A stretch of 64,000 nt of DNA from Gemmatimonadales bacterium (GCA_037189525.1 JBBCJC010000001.1:448001-512000); one strand, 5' to 3'; shown: positions 36,388 through 46,424, counted from the first letter of the stretch. Numbers and translations: made by a program. Notes: generated by a model not told the origin, from the letters alone.

Positions 36388-39102
36388 CTACCTGATCCGC
36401 TCCGCCGTAAAGGGGAAGACGAAGTCCTCGGAGCCACCCTGGCGGAGCTGGCCAGTCTCGCCGTCCACCCACCAGATCGTGATTCTGATCGTCCCGGTCA
36501 TCACCTTGCCGTTACGGGTGGCGGTGATCCGGATGCCGCCGCGGGGACCGATCTGCGTCCCGATGTCTTCGATGTCGTAGGGGCCGGTAGCCATGATGTA
36601 CTGGCCGGTCAGCGTGCCGCTGCCAAGATCCTCCGTCGTCTGCGACCAGCGGCTGGTCTCCCACCCCGCGAAATACGGCCCGACTCCTGACGCCTCCTGC
36701 GGCATCACCCCGAGCGTCTGGCGCACCTCACCCGGAAGCGTCGCGGCAGGCGGGCAGCAGTTGGCGGCGCTCCAGGTCGCGGTGGGAAGCACCCGAAGCC
36801 GCAGGGTCGAGCTACCCGCGCCCAGCTCGTCGATGGCGATCAGGCCGGAGCCCGGAACGGCGACCGCGCGACTCAGCACGTCGTAGATCTCGCCCGATTC
36901 GCCGGGGTTCCCTTTGTCGACCAGGCCGTCCGGATCCGTGAAGCTGGTGAGCCGCCAGTAGGGTGCGGGGTCGCTTCCAACCTCTACAGTATCGGCGGCG
37001 AGGACGTTCCGCGTCATACTGAGCAGCGTCGCAATGACACGATAGTTGCCGGACTCTTCGTACGTATGCGTGGCCGTGGCAAGGCTCAGGCTTTCGGTGG
37101 TGTTGCCGTCGTCCCACTCCCAGCGGATCCGGTAGCCGCCCTCCGGCGGCATCGCCACGCTTGCTTCGAATGACACTTCCAGGTCGTCCTCGAGCTCAAC
37201 GGTTTCCGGCTCGACCTTGAAATCGGCGCGGAGGGCGTTGAGCATGTGGGCGGACACCTGTTTGAGCCGGCCCCCGGCGATCGCGAACGCTGAGACCACC
37301 AGCGGTGTCGGCGTCGCCTCCGGCAGGTCGTTCAAGCCGGGCGCATCGAGGCCGACGGTCGAGGTGTTGCTGCGCACGACCTCCGCCCCGCTGGTCGGGA
37401 AGTTGATCATTACGCCCCCTGACAGCGTGGGGATCCGGAGCGTGATGAACTTCGATCGGATCACGAGATGGTCCTCCGGCGTCGGTTCCCATCCGCCGTT
37501 CGCACCCACCTGCGTCTCCAGCGGCACCGCCGGCAGCCCGGCCTGCTCGGCCATGGCCTTGTTGATCGCCGCGCGGGCAGCCGGCGAGACCGTCGGGAGC
37601 TGCTGCAGGCTCCTGAGCAGATCGCCCAGCTTCTCGTACGCGAGCACCAGCGAATTGACCGGGGTCAGGCCGTCGGTCTCCCGGTCCGGCCCGTCGGCGG
37701 TTGTGCGCACCTGCTGAGGCGTGAACCCGGTCGCCGGGTTGCGCACCACGGTCAGGGCCTGTGCTTTGGCGTGGTTGACGATCTGGAGCGCCCCCCCGCC
37801 GCTGGCGAACGCGGTCCCGAACGCGACCTGCCCGCTCGCGGCGGTCGTCATGGCGGCGGGTGTCGCGCCCCGCATGGCGAGGTTAGCGGTCATGGCCTGG
37901 CTCACCAGGTCGTCGCGCTCCGGCTTGGGCATCCGCCGGAGTTCCTCGTTCAGGGTGTTGAGGACACGGGAGAGGCCCTCGAAGATCCGCTTGTGGCCGC
38001 TCACCACCGCACCAAGCGGCGCCGCTTCGCCATAGAAGCCGGGCTCCTCGATCCCTTTCACCAGCGTCGCGAGCCGCGGCCCGTCGAGCGCGAAATTGAG
38101 CGCCTCGAGCCCGGCAATGGCGGCGCCGTGCCCGTCGGGGAACTGCGCCGAGCCGTGCTCCACCACGGGCCAGCGGTCGTCGGCCGGATTCATCACCGCC
38201 GGGACCTCAGGCATCGGCACCGGGAACTCAACCGGGAACAATTGACCGATCCCGGGCAGGCGCTGATTGCTCATCACGGCCGCAAAGCTGCTGGGCGTGG
38301 GCCCGAGGAGCAAATCGGCGCGCAGATGGGTCGTAGCCACCCGGATCGACGTCGCGGTCCGGCCCACGGTGGGCACCACCTCGGTGACGCCTCGCACCGG
38401 ATCGTGGAAGGCGATCACGACACCGCGGCCCGTCGGGACGGTGACCGGGATGTCCAGGAAGATGACGTCGTCGAGACGAGGTTGTTCCGTGGTCACCTCG
38501 AGAATCGGACCGGCGACCTGATAGCCGTTGGGAAGCGTGGGCGCCGTGGCGTTCGGGAGCACCCGCAACTGCCAGGTGCCGGGTATGGTCAGAGCGCCGG
38601 ACGGCACCGTGAGCTTGAGGCCCTGATAGGGATGGCCGGCCGCGGTGATCTCAAAGGTGCCACCGGTAACCGGGATCGCCACGTCGAGCAGTTCGGTCCC
38701 AGGCTGGATGGTAGCCTGGAAGACGGCGGGCGCGAGCGAGCCGACCTGGGCGGAGAGCCGCTGGTTACCCGAGGGACCGAGCGTCCACCGGGTAACGCGC
38801 GCGATCCCGGAGGCGTCGGTCGTCTGATTGGCGCCCTCGACCGTGCCGCCGCCTTCGGTCACGGAGAACTGGACGGCGACACCGGCCAGCCCGCGCCCCT
38901 GGCCGTCGCGTACCACGACGGCGGGGGCCACCACCACTGCCGTGCCGCTCGCGGCGGACTGCTGGTTCCCCGCTTCGACACTGATCGAGGCCGGGGTCGG
39001 AGGAGGCGGCGGCGGAGGTGGTGGCGGATTCGGAGTGGGCTCGGTTCCCCCACAGGCGGCGAGAAGGAGCAGAAACAACGTACTGGCACGGGTCGCCGTC
39101 AT
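36388..39102 (-). CDS. Large lipoprotein with an Ig-like N-terminal domain and a PKD domain
   Basis: Lipobox LAAC, poly-Pro linker, GNQQSA...GVAVQFSV..GGG, and WEWDDG...HTYEESGNY. Confidence 0.75.
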   Translation of the reverse strand: MTATRASTLFLLLLAACGGTEPTPNPPPPPPPPPPTPASISVEAGNQQSAASGTAVVVAPAVVVRDGQGRGLAGVAVQFSVTEGGGTVEGANQTTDASGIARVTRWTLGPSGNQRLSAQVGSLAPAVFQATIQPGTELLDVAIPVTGGTFEITAAGHPYQGLKLTVPSGALTIPGTWQLRVLPNATAPTLPNGYQVAGPILEVTTEQPRLDDVIFLDIPVTVPTGRGVVIAFHDPVRGVTEVVPTVGRTATSIRVATTHLRADLLLGPTPSSFAAVMSNQRLPGIGQLFPVEFPVPMPEVPAVMNPADDRWPVVEHGSAQFPDGHGAAIAGLEALNFALDGPRLATLVKGIEEPGFYGEAAPLGAVVSGHKRIFEGLSRVLNTLNEELRRMPKPERDDLVSQAMTANLAMRGATPAAMTTAASGQVAFGTAFASGGGALQIVNHAKAQALTVVRNPATGFTPQQVRTTADGPDRETDGLTPVNSLVLAYEKLGDLLRSLQQLPTVSPAARAAINKAMAEQAGLPAVPLETQVGANGGWEPTPEDHLVIRSKFITLRIPTLSGGVMINFPTSGAEVVRSNTSTVGLDAPGLNDLPEATPTPLVVSAFAIAGGRLKQVSAHMLNALRADFKVEPETVELEDDLEVSFEASVAMPPEGGYRIRWEWDDGNTTESLSLATATHTYEESGNYRVIATLLSMTRNVLAADTVEVGSDPAPYWRLTSFTDPDGLVDKGNPGESGEIYDVLSRAVAVPGSGLIAIDELGAGSSTLRLRVLPTATWSAANCCPPAATLPGEVRQTLGVMPQEASGVGPYFAGWETSRWSQTTEDLGSGTLTGQYIMATGPYDIEDIGTQIGPRGGIRITATRNGKVMTGTIRITIWWVDGETGQLRQGGSEDFVFPFTAERIR

Positions 39103-39307
39103 TGGAGGAACTCGGCTTGAGGGAGTCATTCTGGACGCGTAAGCGCCATGAAACGGGGCTCATCCATCGCAGATCCGAGATACGTCCCCCGCCATTCCGT
39201 GAGGACGAATTGTATCGATCGGACGAAATCGCCTTTACCCACCGTTGACCCCCGCGTGATCTGATCAGCGCGACCTCCTGCGAGACTTAATCGCAAGGAG
39301 GTCATCG

Positions 39308-40477
39308 ATGCGGATTGCCATTTTCTCAGAAGTCTACTGGCCGATGATCAGCGGGGTGGCCCACACCCTGGATCGGACGGTACAGGCGCTGATGGGCCGA
39401 GGTCATGCGGTGCGGGTCTACAGCGCCCGTTACGCCTTGCCGCCCGGCACTTCGGACCGGCCGGAAGCCCACCGATCACCTGCCCGGCCGTTTGCGTTGT
39501 CACCCGAGGTGGAATGGGCTCGGCCCAGGCAGGCGGAGATCACCGCCGATCTGGCGGCATTCGGTCCAGACGTGGTGCATCTGGCCACCGAGTTCCCAAT
39601 GGGCCGGGCCGGTCTCAAGGCGGCTCATCGGTTGGGCGTGCCAATCGTCGCGTCAGCGCACACCGACTACGAAAGCTACGCATCGCGCTACGGGTTCGGC
39701 TGGGCCGTGGCGCCGGGCTGGATCTACCTGCGGCGGTTCTATCGGCACGCCGAGGTAGTGCTGGCACCGAGTCAGGCGTATCAAGAGCAGCTCCAGCGTC
39801 GCGGAGTCAGACATACCGCGGTCTGGAGCCGGGGCATCGACACCGATCGTTTTCATCCCGGCTTTCGCTCGGAGGCGTACCGGGGCTCGCTGGGTCTCGG
39901 GCCGGACGACCTGCTGGTGGCGTACGTGGGCCGGTTGGCTCCGGAAAAGGGAGTCGATCGCCTGCTCAACGCCTGGGAGGCGCTGTGCGAGCAATATCCT
40001 CGTGCGCACCTGGCATTTACCGGGTCCGGCACGCTCGAACAGGCAATCGCCGAGCGAGGTTTGCCCCGGGTCCATCTGACCGGGGTTCGGCGTGGTGCTG
40101 ACCTGGCAGCGGCCTACGCGTCGGCCGATGTGTTCGTGTTGCCGTCGACGACGGAGACGTTCGGCAACGTGCTTTTGGAAGCGATGGCGTCGGGAACGGC
40201 GTCGATTGCGATGGCGGCCGGGGGCGTGCTGGACTATGGGCGGGACGGTGAGAATGTGCGGCTGGTGCGGCGATCGGACTCACTGGTCAGTTCCCTGAGT
40301 GAGCTGATCACGGATCCGGCCATGCGGCGCAGGCTGGCTTCAGGCGGCCGCGCTACCGCCGAAGCGCGTTCGTGGGCCAGCGTGGATGACGAGCTGGTGC
40401 GTCAATATCGATTTGCAGCCAAGAGGACCGTGCTAAACACTGCAATCGCCATCCTCCGATCGGAAGCGTCCGCATAG
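39308..40477 (+). CDS. Glycosyltransferase family 4
   Basis: YWPMISGV, YVGRLAPEKG and YASADVFVLPSTTETFGNVLLEAMASG. Confidence 0.92.
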   Translation: MRIAIFSEVYWPMISGVAHTLDRTVQALMGRGHAVRVYSARYALPPGTSDRPEAHRSPARPFALSPEVEWARPRQAEITADLAAFGPDVVHLATEFPMGRAGLKAAHRLGVPIVASAHTDYESYASRYGFGWAVAPGWIYLRRFYRHAEVVLAPSQAYQEQLQRRGVRHTAVWSRGIDTDRFHPGFRSEAYRGSLGLGPDDLLVAYVGRLAPEKGVDRLLNAWEALCEQYPRAHLAFTGSGTLEQAIAERGLPRVHLTGVRRGADLAAAYASADVFVLPSTTETFGNVLLEAMASGTASIAMAAGGVLDYGRDGENVRLVRRSDSLVSSLSELITDPAMRRRLASGGRATAEARSWASVDDELVRQYRFAAKRTVLNTAIAILRSEASA

Positions 40478-40519
40478 GGAGCGCCGGAGGCAGAAGACCG
40501 GAGCAGCGACCGCGGGCGA

Positions 40520-41032
40520 TCAGCCGCGGAACCAGAGACCGATCACGGCTCCCAGAACCGTGACCCAGCTGGCCACCAACCAGCGGGTCTGCGCAGCGAT
40601 CTTCCTTTCGAGCCTGGTCTCGAGTTCCGCCAACTTGACGTCGATCCTGGCTTCGAGCGCCGCCAGCTTGACGTCAAATCGGGCCTCCAGCGCCGCCAGT
40701 TTGACATCGAACCGAGCCTCGAGCTCCGCCAGCTTGACGTCAAACCGGGCCTCGAGCTCCGCCAGCCTGACATCGGACCGAGCCTCGAACTCCGCCAGCT
40801 TGCCGTTGATTCGGGCCTCGAACTCAGTCAGCTTGACGTTGACCCGAGCTTCGACTTCCGCCAACCGCTGCTCGTGCTTGGCGTCGAAGCGGGCGAAGTT
40901 GAGATCGTTGATTTCCTGAAGGTCTTCCCGATACGTGGCATCCACGGCGTTGAACCAGTCCACCAGTTCGTTGGCCACCCGCTCGCCAAGACGGTCGTAG
41001 AACTCCTGCGACAACCTGGCCGTCACTGGCAT
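40520..41032 (-). CDS. Hendecad coiled-coil protein with C-terminal TM anchor, DUF1640/CCDC90-like (copy 1)
   Basis: About 8 repeats of 11 aa (RFDVKLAELEA) followed by TRWLVASWVTVLGAVIGLWFRG. Confidence 0.8.
   Translation of the reverse strand: MPVTARLSQEFYDRLGERVANELVDWFNAVDATYREDLQEINDLNFARFDAKHEQRLAEVEARVNVKLTEFEARINGKLAEFEARSDVRLAELEARFDVKLAELEARFDVKLAALEARFDVKLAALEARIDVKLAELETRLERKIAAQTRWLVASWVTVLGAVIGLWFRG
40615..40880 (-). repeat. 33-bp tandem repeats within copy 1
   Basis: CGCCAGCTTGACGTC-like unit recurs every 33 bp. Confidence 0.85.
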
Positions 41033-41187
41033 CGGATGGCTCCTGGTGAAGTAGTCCAGCCGATACGATACAAGCTACGGCCGAGCCGCGCGGTTCCGAA
41101 AGTCCCGGACCAGGATCATTATCACCACGGATACAACGGGATGGTTCTCACCGGTGTCCAACCGGGCGGTAACGAACTCGAGATCCT

Positions 41188-42708
41188 GTGCACCCGCTCG
41201 TCCCGATACTCGCTGTAGTGTCAGCCGTCACGGCAACTCCACTCGTTCTGCAGGCCCAGACGCCGGCCGAACGGCTAACCGGCTATTTCGATGCACTCGC
41301 TCGCATCGGGCAGTTCAACGGAGCAATCCTCGTCGCCGATCGGGATCGGGTCGTTCTGAAACGGGCATACGGGCCCGCGGATCTTGCGTCCGGCACTCCC
41401 CTCACGGTGGGCAGCCGTTTTCCGATCGCGTCGATTTCCAAGACATTTACGGCCACGGCCATCCTGCAGCTCGTGGAGCGAAAAGTCCTTTCGCTGAATG
41501 ACGCGGTCGCCACGCGCCTGCCAGGCTTTCCGTATCCCAACATTACGATCGCGCACCTGCTGTCGCATACGTCGGGACTGCCGTCGTACAATACCTTCTT
41601 CGATTTCGAGCAGCATCCGGGCCGAGTTTTCACGAATGCCGACCTGGTGGCGGGGCTGGTAGACAATCCGAAGCCGCTTCGCTATCCACCCGGCACCAAC
41701 GGCAACTACGACAATATCAATTACGCCGTACTGGCGCTGATCCTTGAGCGTGTGTCCGGCCAGTCCTATGTCGACTACATCCAGGCGCACATCCTGAAGC
41801 CGGCCGGGATGACCAGCACCGCATTCGAATCGTTCTGCCGCCAGCTCGACACAACGGTATCCCGGCGCGACGCCGCGTATCCGCACCTCCGACCGAATCT
41901 GTATAGCGACGCGGTGCGAACCAGCAGCGTCCCGTTCATCCGCCAATATTGGTGCGCCTACCAGTTTCACGGCTTTGGCGAGTACGTCAGCACGCTCGAT
42001 GACCTGCATCGATATGCGCGAGCGCTCTTTGGAGGCCGGCTACTCGCTCTCGAAACCTTGCGCCCGTCATTGATTCCGGTCCGTCTGACAAACGGCGCGC
42101 CCAATCCAAGACCATTCGGACTGGGCTGGGAGATCAGCAGCGACTCGACCCGTCCCGGCATCGTCCATCACGGCGGCTACGCATTCGGCTTGAGTTCCGA
42201 GCTGGCTTACGATCCGGCACGGCAGCAGACCGTGATCGTATACGACGTGGTGAACGGAAATGCCGGTAGCCTCATGAACACGGCATTCGATCTGCTGGCG
42301 GGCCGCTCGGTGCAACCGCCCCGCCGCCAGATCGTGGACCTCTACGCTCGCGCCCTCGTCAGCGAAGGACCGGAAGCTGCGCGGCGGCTCTTCGACAGTC
42401 TGAAAGCCGACACGGCCAGCTACACCTATGTCGAACAGGACCTCAACGCACTCGGCTACGATCTGATGGGCCAGCCCAGTGGCTATCGTTTCCCCGTAGT
42501 GCACCGGTACGAGGAGGCGATCGCTGCGCTCGGGCTCAACACCGAGCTCTTTCCGAACAGCGCCAACGTGTGGGACAGCTATGGCGAGGCGTTACTGAAA
42601 GCCGGGCGGCGGGATCAGGCTCTGGCGATGTATCGGAAGGCGCTGGCGATCGACTCGACCTATGCAACAGCGCGTCGGATGGTCGACAGCCTCACGGCGC
42701 AACCATAG
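41188..42708 (+). CDS. Serine hydrolase (beta-lactamase class C-like) with C-terminal TPR
   Basis: ASISK (SxxK), LLSHTSGL, YDN, HGG and FPNSANVWDSYGE. Confidence 0.88.
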   Translation: MHPLVPILAVVSAVTATPLVLQAQTPAERLTGYFDALARIGQFNGAILVADRDRVVLKRAYGPADLASGTPLTVGSRFPIASISKTFTATAILQLVERKVLSLNDAVATRLPGFPYPNITIAHLLSHTSGLPSYNTFFDFEQHPGRVFTNADLVAGLVDNPKPLRYPPGTNGNYDNINYAVLALILERVSGQSYVDYIQAHILKPAGMTSTAFESFCRQLDTTVSRRDAAYPHLRPNLYSDAVRTSSVPFIRQYWCAYQFHGFGEYVSTLDDLHRYARALFGGRLLALETLRPSLIPVRLTNGAPNPRPFGLGWEISSDSTRPGIVHHGGYAFGLSSELAYDPARQQTVIVYDVVNGNAGSLMNTAFDLLAGRSVQPPRRQIVDLYARALVSEGPEAARRLFDSLKADTASYTYVEQDLNALGYDLMGQPSGYRFPVVHRYEEAIAALGLNTELFPNSANVWDSYGEALLKAGRRDQALAMYRKALAIDSTYATARRMVDSLTAQP

Positions 42709-42715
42709 CAGGCGG

Positions 42716-42799
42716 TCAGCCGCGAAGCCAGAGACCGATCACGGCTGCGAGAACCGTGACCCAGCTGGCCACCAGCCAGCGGGTAAAAGTTGAGTTCGT
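42716..42799 (-). pseudogene. Collapsed remnant of the hendecad gene (copy 2)
   Basis: Encodes TRWLVASWVTVLAAVIGLWLRG*, joined to AAAGTTGAGTTCGT, which in copy 3 (44899-44912) lies before the repeats. Confidence 0.75.
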
Positions 42800-42888
42800 C
42801 ATTCGGGAATAACTCGGCGAGTTTTGCGCTTGCCGGGTTTTACCATGCCCGGTAGCTTGGGTACGTTTTCTTCCCGGGAAAATTTCCG

Positions 42889-44331
42889 ATGTCATTCGCT
42901 TCGCGAGCAAAAGCGGGTCTGATCCTTCTGGTGGCAGGCGCGCAGTTCGGCTGTTCGAACGAAACCCTCCGCGGTGAAGAGGTCGCGGTCCTGACCGCGC
43001 CGCCGTTGGTTCCGGCGCCGATTACCCGGCGGCATCCCACCAAGGTCATCGTCAGGCTCGAGGCGCACGAAGAAACCAGCAGCCTCGCTGACGGGGTGGA
43101 CTACACCTTCTGGACCTTCGGTGGCACGGTCCCCGGATCGTTCATCCGGGTCCGCGAGGGCGACGTAGTGGAGTTCCACCTGGCGAACCATCCTTCGAGC
43201 AAGAATCCGCACAACATCGATCTGCACGCGGTCAACGGCCCGGGCGGAGGCGCCTCGGCGTCTCTCGTGACGCCAGGGCAACAGTCGATGTTCACCTTCT
43301 CCGCCCTGAATCCGGGCCTCTATGTCTACCATTGTGCGACTGCTCCGGTCGGAATGCACATTGCGAACGGCATGTACGGCCTGATCCTCGTCGAGCCCAA
43401 GGCTGGCCTGCCGCCGGTGGATCGCGAGTATTACGTGCAGCAGGGTGAGTTCTACACCCGTGGAAACTTCGGGGTCGCGGGCCATCAGCCGTTCGACATG
43501 CAGCGCGCCATCAACGAAGATCCGGCCTACGTCGTCTTCAACGGCTCGGTCGGTGCGCTGATGGGCGACAAGGCGCTCACCGCGAACGTGGGAGAGACGG
43601 TGCGGCTCTATGTCGGCAACGGCGGCCCGAACCTGGTGTCGTCCTTCCACGTCATCGGCGAGATCTTCGACCGCGTGTACACCGAAGGCGGCACCAGGCC
43701 CCCCAACGAAAACGTGCAGACCACGCTGATCCCGGCCGGGGGCGCGGCCATCGTCGAGTTCAAGGTCGAGACCACGGGCAATTACCTGCTGGTCGATCAC
43801 TCCATCTTCCGCGCCTTCAACAAAGGGGCGATCGGCACGCTGGCAGTGGGCGGGGTAGCGGACAGCGGCGTGTTCTCGGGTCGCCAGTTCGAGGGGATCT
43901 ATCAGCCCGAGGGCGGGGCAATGCAGCGGATGCCGGAGAGCCAGGCCGCTGCACCGCCGGTTGCGCGTACGGTCGCTGAACAGATGACCATGGGTGAGCG
44001 AGTCTACACCCAGAACTGCGCTCCCTGTCACCAGCCGAGCGGTTCCGGGATCAAAGGTGCATTCCCGCCGCTCGCGGGCTCGGACTACCTCAACGCCGAC
44101 GTGACGCGCGCCATCGGCGTGGTGCTGCACGGTCTTTCCGGTGCGGTCACCGTCAACGGTGAGCAGTACAACGGCCTGATGCCGGCGCTTGCCCTCACCG
44201 ACGAGGATGTGGCCAACGTGATGACGTACGTGTACGGCCAGTGGGGCAACAACGGAACGCGGGTCACGGTCGAGCAGGTACGCCGGATCCGCGACGCCGG
44301 TGGAAAGCGTGTGAACATGGATGCACACTGA
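42889..44331 (+). CDS. nirK: Copper nitrite reductase fused to a C-terminal cytochrome c
   Basis: [39 protein letters not shown] and heme motif CAPCH. Confidence 0.95.
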   Translation: MSFASRAKAGLILLVAGAQFGCSNETLRGEEVAVLTAPPLVPAPITRRHPTKVIVRLEAHEETSSLADGVDYTFWTFGGTVPGSFIRVREGDVVEFHLANHPSSKNPHNIDLHAVNGPGGGASASLVTPGQQSMFTFSALNPGLYVYHCATAPVGMHIANGMYGLILVEPKAGLPPVDREYYVQQGEFYTRGNFGVAGHQPFDMQRAINEDPAYVVFNGSVGALMGDKALTANVGETVRLYVGNGGPNLVSSFHVIGEIFDRVYTEGGTRPPNENVQTTLIPAGGAAIVEFKVETTGNYLLVDHSIFRAFNKGAIGTLAVGGVADSGVFSGRQFEGIYQPEGGAMQRMPESQAAAPPVARTVAEQMTMGERVYTQNCAPCHQPSGSGIKGAFPPLAGSDYLNADVTRAIGVVLHGLSGAVTVNGEQYNGLMPALALTDEDVANVMTYVYGQWGNNGTRVTVEQVRRIRDAGGKRVNMDAH

Positions 44332-44400
44332 TCGTCGCAATTCCCGGCCCTGACAAAGAAACGAGCCCGCCTTCAGGCCCCGCGCCGCAAGGGGGGCGGG

Positions 44401-45036
44401 TCAGCCGCGCAGCCAGAGACCGATCACCCCTCCAACCAGGGTAACCCAGTTGGCCACCAGCCAGCGGGTCTGCTTGGCGAGCCGCTTTTCCATCCTCGCA
44501 TCGAGCCGTGCCTCGAGGGCAGCAAGCTTGGCATCGAAGCGGGCGTCGATGCGGGTTTCGAGCGCCGCCAGCTTGTCATCGATGCGGGTTTCGAGCGTCG
44601 CCAGTTTGTCATCAAAACGGGTTTCGACCGCCGCCAGCTTGACGTCGATGCGGGCTTCGAACGCCGCCAGCTTGTCATCAAAACGGGTTTCGAGTGCCGC
44701 CAGCTTGACGTCGATGCGGGCTTCGAACACCGCCAGCTTATCATCAAAACGGGTTTCGAGTGCCGCCAGCTTGGCATCGAAACGGGCCTCGAGTTCTGCC
44801 AGCTTGACGTTCAAGCGGGCTTCGAATTCCGCCAGCTTGACGTCGACCTGCGCCTTGAACTCCGCCAAACGTTGCTCCAGCTTGGCGTCGAAACGGGCAA
44901 AGTTGAGTTCGTTGAACTCCCGGAGGTCCGCCCGGTACGTGGTATCCACGGCGTTGAACCAATCCACCAGTTCCTGGGCCACCCGCTCGCCAAGACGGTC
45001 GTAGAATTCCTGTGACAACCTGGCCGTCACTGGCAT
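44401..45036 (-). CDS. Hendecad coiled-coil protein with C-terminal TM anchor (copy 3)
   Basis: Same head (MPVTARLSQEFYDRLGERVA) and anchor as copy 1, with about 11 repeats. Confidence 0.8.
   Translation of the reverse strand: MPVTARLSQEFYDRLGERVAQELVDWFNAVDTTYRADLREFNELNFARFDAKLEQRLAEFKAQVDVKLAEFEARLNVKLAELEARFDAKLAALETRFDDKLAVFEARIDVKLAALETRFDDKLAAFEARIDVKLAAVETRFDDKLATLETRIDDKLAALETRIDARFDAKLAALEARLDARMEKRLAKQTRWLVANWVTLVGGVIGLWLRG
44500..44885 (-). repeat. 33-bp tandem repeats within copy 3
   Basis: Recurring CGCCAGCTT..TC.ATGCGGG / AAACGGGTTTCGA units. Confidence 0.85.
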
Positions 45037-45354
45037 CGACTGGCTCCTGGTGAAGTGTCCAGCCGATACGATACAAGCTAGGGCCGAGCCGTGCGGTCCC
45101 GAAAGCCCCCGAATAGGATCATTTCAACACCGGGCGCTTCGATCGGCCCGAGATCATCAGCGACACCTTGCGGTGGCGCGTCGACCAGGACCAGCCGGAG
45201 ACCGCGATCGACCTGGCCCGGCTCTTTGCGGACCTGCCGTAGTTCAAACGCTGCAAGGTGTCCGCGCGCTCCATGGTGGCCTCGAGGCAACCTCGACCAA
45301 CGGGAGAATGAGCAAGGCGGAGCAGCCAGCTTCGACTGCCCCGCCCTTCCAGAC

Positions 45355-46065
45355 CTATGCGGCCTTGTCATCGACGCTCATCCCAGGCAGCTGATCGGGC
45401 GTCGGCGCGGCTGGCTCGGCTCGGTCGCGCGGCTTGAGCGGTCCGGGCGCCTTGAAGGCGCTCAGCCAGGTCGCGAGGCGCGCCGAATCGCGGGCGTAGC
45501 GATGGCGGTTGAGTCCATCGAGCCGGCGAAGCAGGTTCATCATCTCCGCACCGACCGGGAACAGCTCCGCGCGGGCCTGAATCCGGGCAGCCTTCGACTC
45601 GGAAGCCTGGTGCGCATAGGACTCATACTCGGTGAGCAGCGCCGTCGCTTCGTCGATCATCCCGGGTTCGATCCCGAACGGCTGCACCAGCTCGAGGTGG
45701 GTGCGCGCGGCCGCGATGAGCGACTGGGCCCGGGTCAGAAATCCGAGCGCCGAGCCGTCCGTCGGAACCGATCGAAAGTCCTTGGCGAGCGCGGGGTGGG
45801 ATCGGGCGGCCTCCTGCCCGGCGCCGGCGAAGAACCGGAGGAGCCCGGTGCTCAGATGCTTCCGGATCGTCTCCTTCCGCATCACAGCGCGGGCGCGCGC
45901 CTGGTCGCGCTCCTCGCGGGTGCGGATCAGCTCCTTGGTGCGCTCGATCAGAGTGCCGAGCCGCTGCGTGATGGCCTCGGGCCCGGGGCCTTCGAACGGG
46001 TTGTTCCGGACGAACGCGAGCGATTCCTCCGCTCGTCCAACGATTCTGCGGAAACGCGACAGCAT
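45355..46065 (-). CDS. Hypothetical alpha-helical protein (236 aa)
   Basis: GAGGGAGG RBS before ATG 46065 and coding-like codon bias. Confidence 0.7.
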   Translation of the reverse strand: MLSRFRRIVGRAEESLAFVRNNPFEGPGPEAITQRLGTLIERTKELIRTREERDQARARAVMRKETIRKHLSTGLLRFFAGAGQEAARSHPALAKDFRSVPTDGSALGFLTRAQSLIAAARTHLELVQPFGIEPGMIDEATALLTEYESYAHQASESKAARIQARAELFPVGAEMMNLLRRLDGLNRHRYARDSARLATWLSAFKAPGPLKPRDRAEPAAPTPDQLPGMSVDDKAA

Positions 46066-46424
46066 GGTATCCTCCCTCGCCGTAACCGGCGTTCTGTGCA
46101 TCTCCGACAGAATGCTCTTCCGGATTTCTCGTGCCACATTTTCGGCCGCTTCGGAAATCGGCGGGGTTTGACAGCCTGACAGATCGGGCGCAAGTCGTTG
46201 ATTCGCTACGGGGTTAGGGTGCCGGCGAGGTGGTCGATTTCCGGCGCGGCAGGTCGGCAGGACCAGCCGACACGTTGATCGGTCAGTGTCAACGGAAGGG
46301 GACAGTGTCCCCAGGTCAAAGGACACCTGCGCACCGATCTCCTGGGGCACCCGAGTGCTCAGTGGCTCGCGGCAATGCTCGGCGAGCCGCGACTCGTGTT
46401 CGGTGACTCAGGGCGGTGGTATAG

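Noticed and set aside
42800..42888. FNR/DNR box upstream of nirK
   Set aside because: No TTGAT-N4-ATCAA match; only short GC palindromes are present.
305..44340. Long antisense or alternative-frame ORFs (e.g. 305-1570, 3838-5289, 27704-29293, 33955-35946, 42892-44340)
   Set aside because: These are shadow ORFs of well-supported genes, expected at high GC, and carry no recognisable motifs.
40615..44885. CRISPR array from the 33-bp repeats
   Set aside because: The repeats are contiguous, in-frame and coding, with no unique spacers and no cas genes.
40520..45036. Diversity-generating retroelement (TR/VR pair) for the repeated 3' ends
   Set aside because: Mismatches include C/G changes and are not adenine-specific, and no reverse transcriptase is present in the window.
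46250..46392. Structured ncRNA made of several short hairpins
   Set aside because: Stems of 6-7 bp are common by chance at this GC, and no known RNA motif was recognised.
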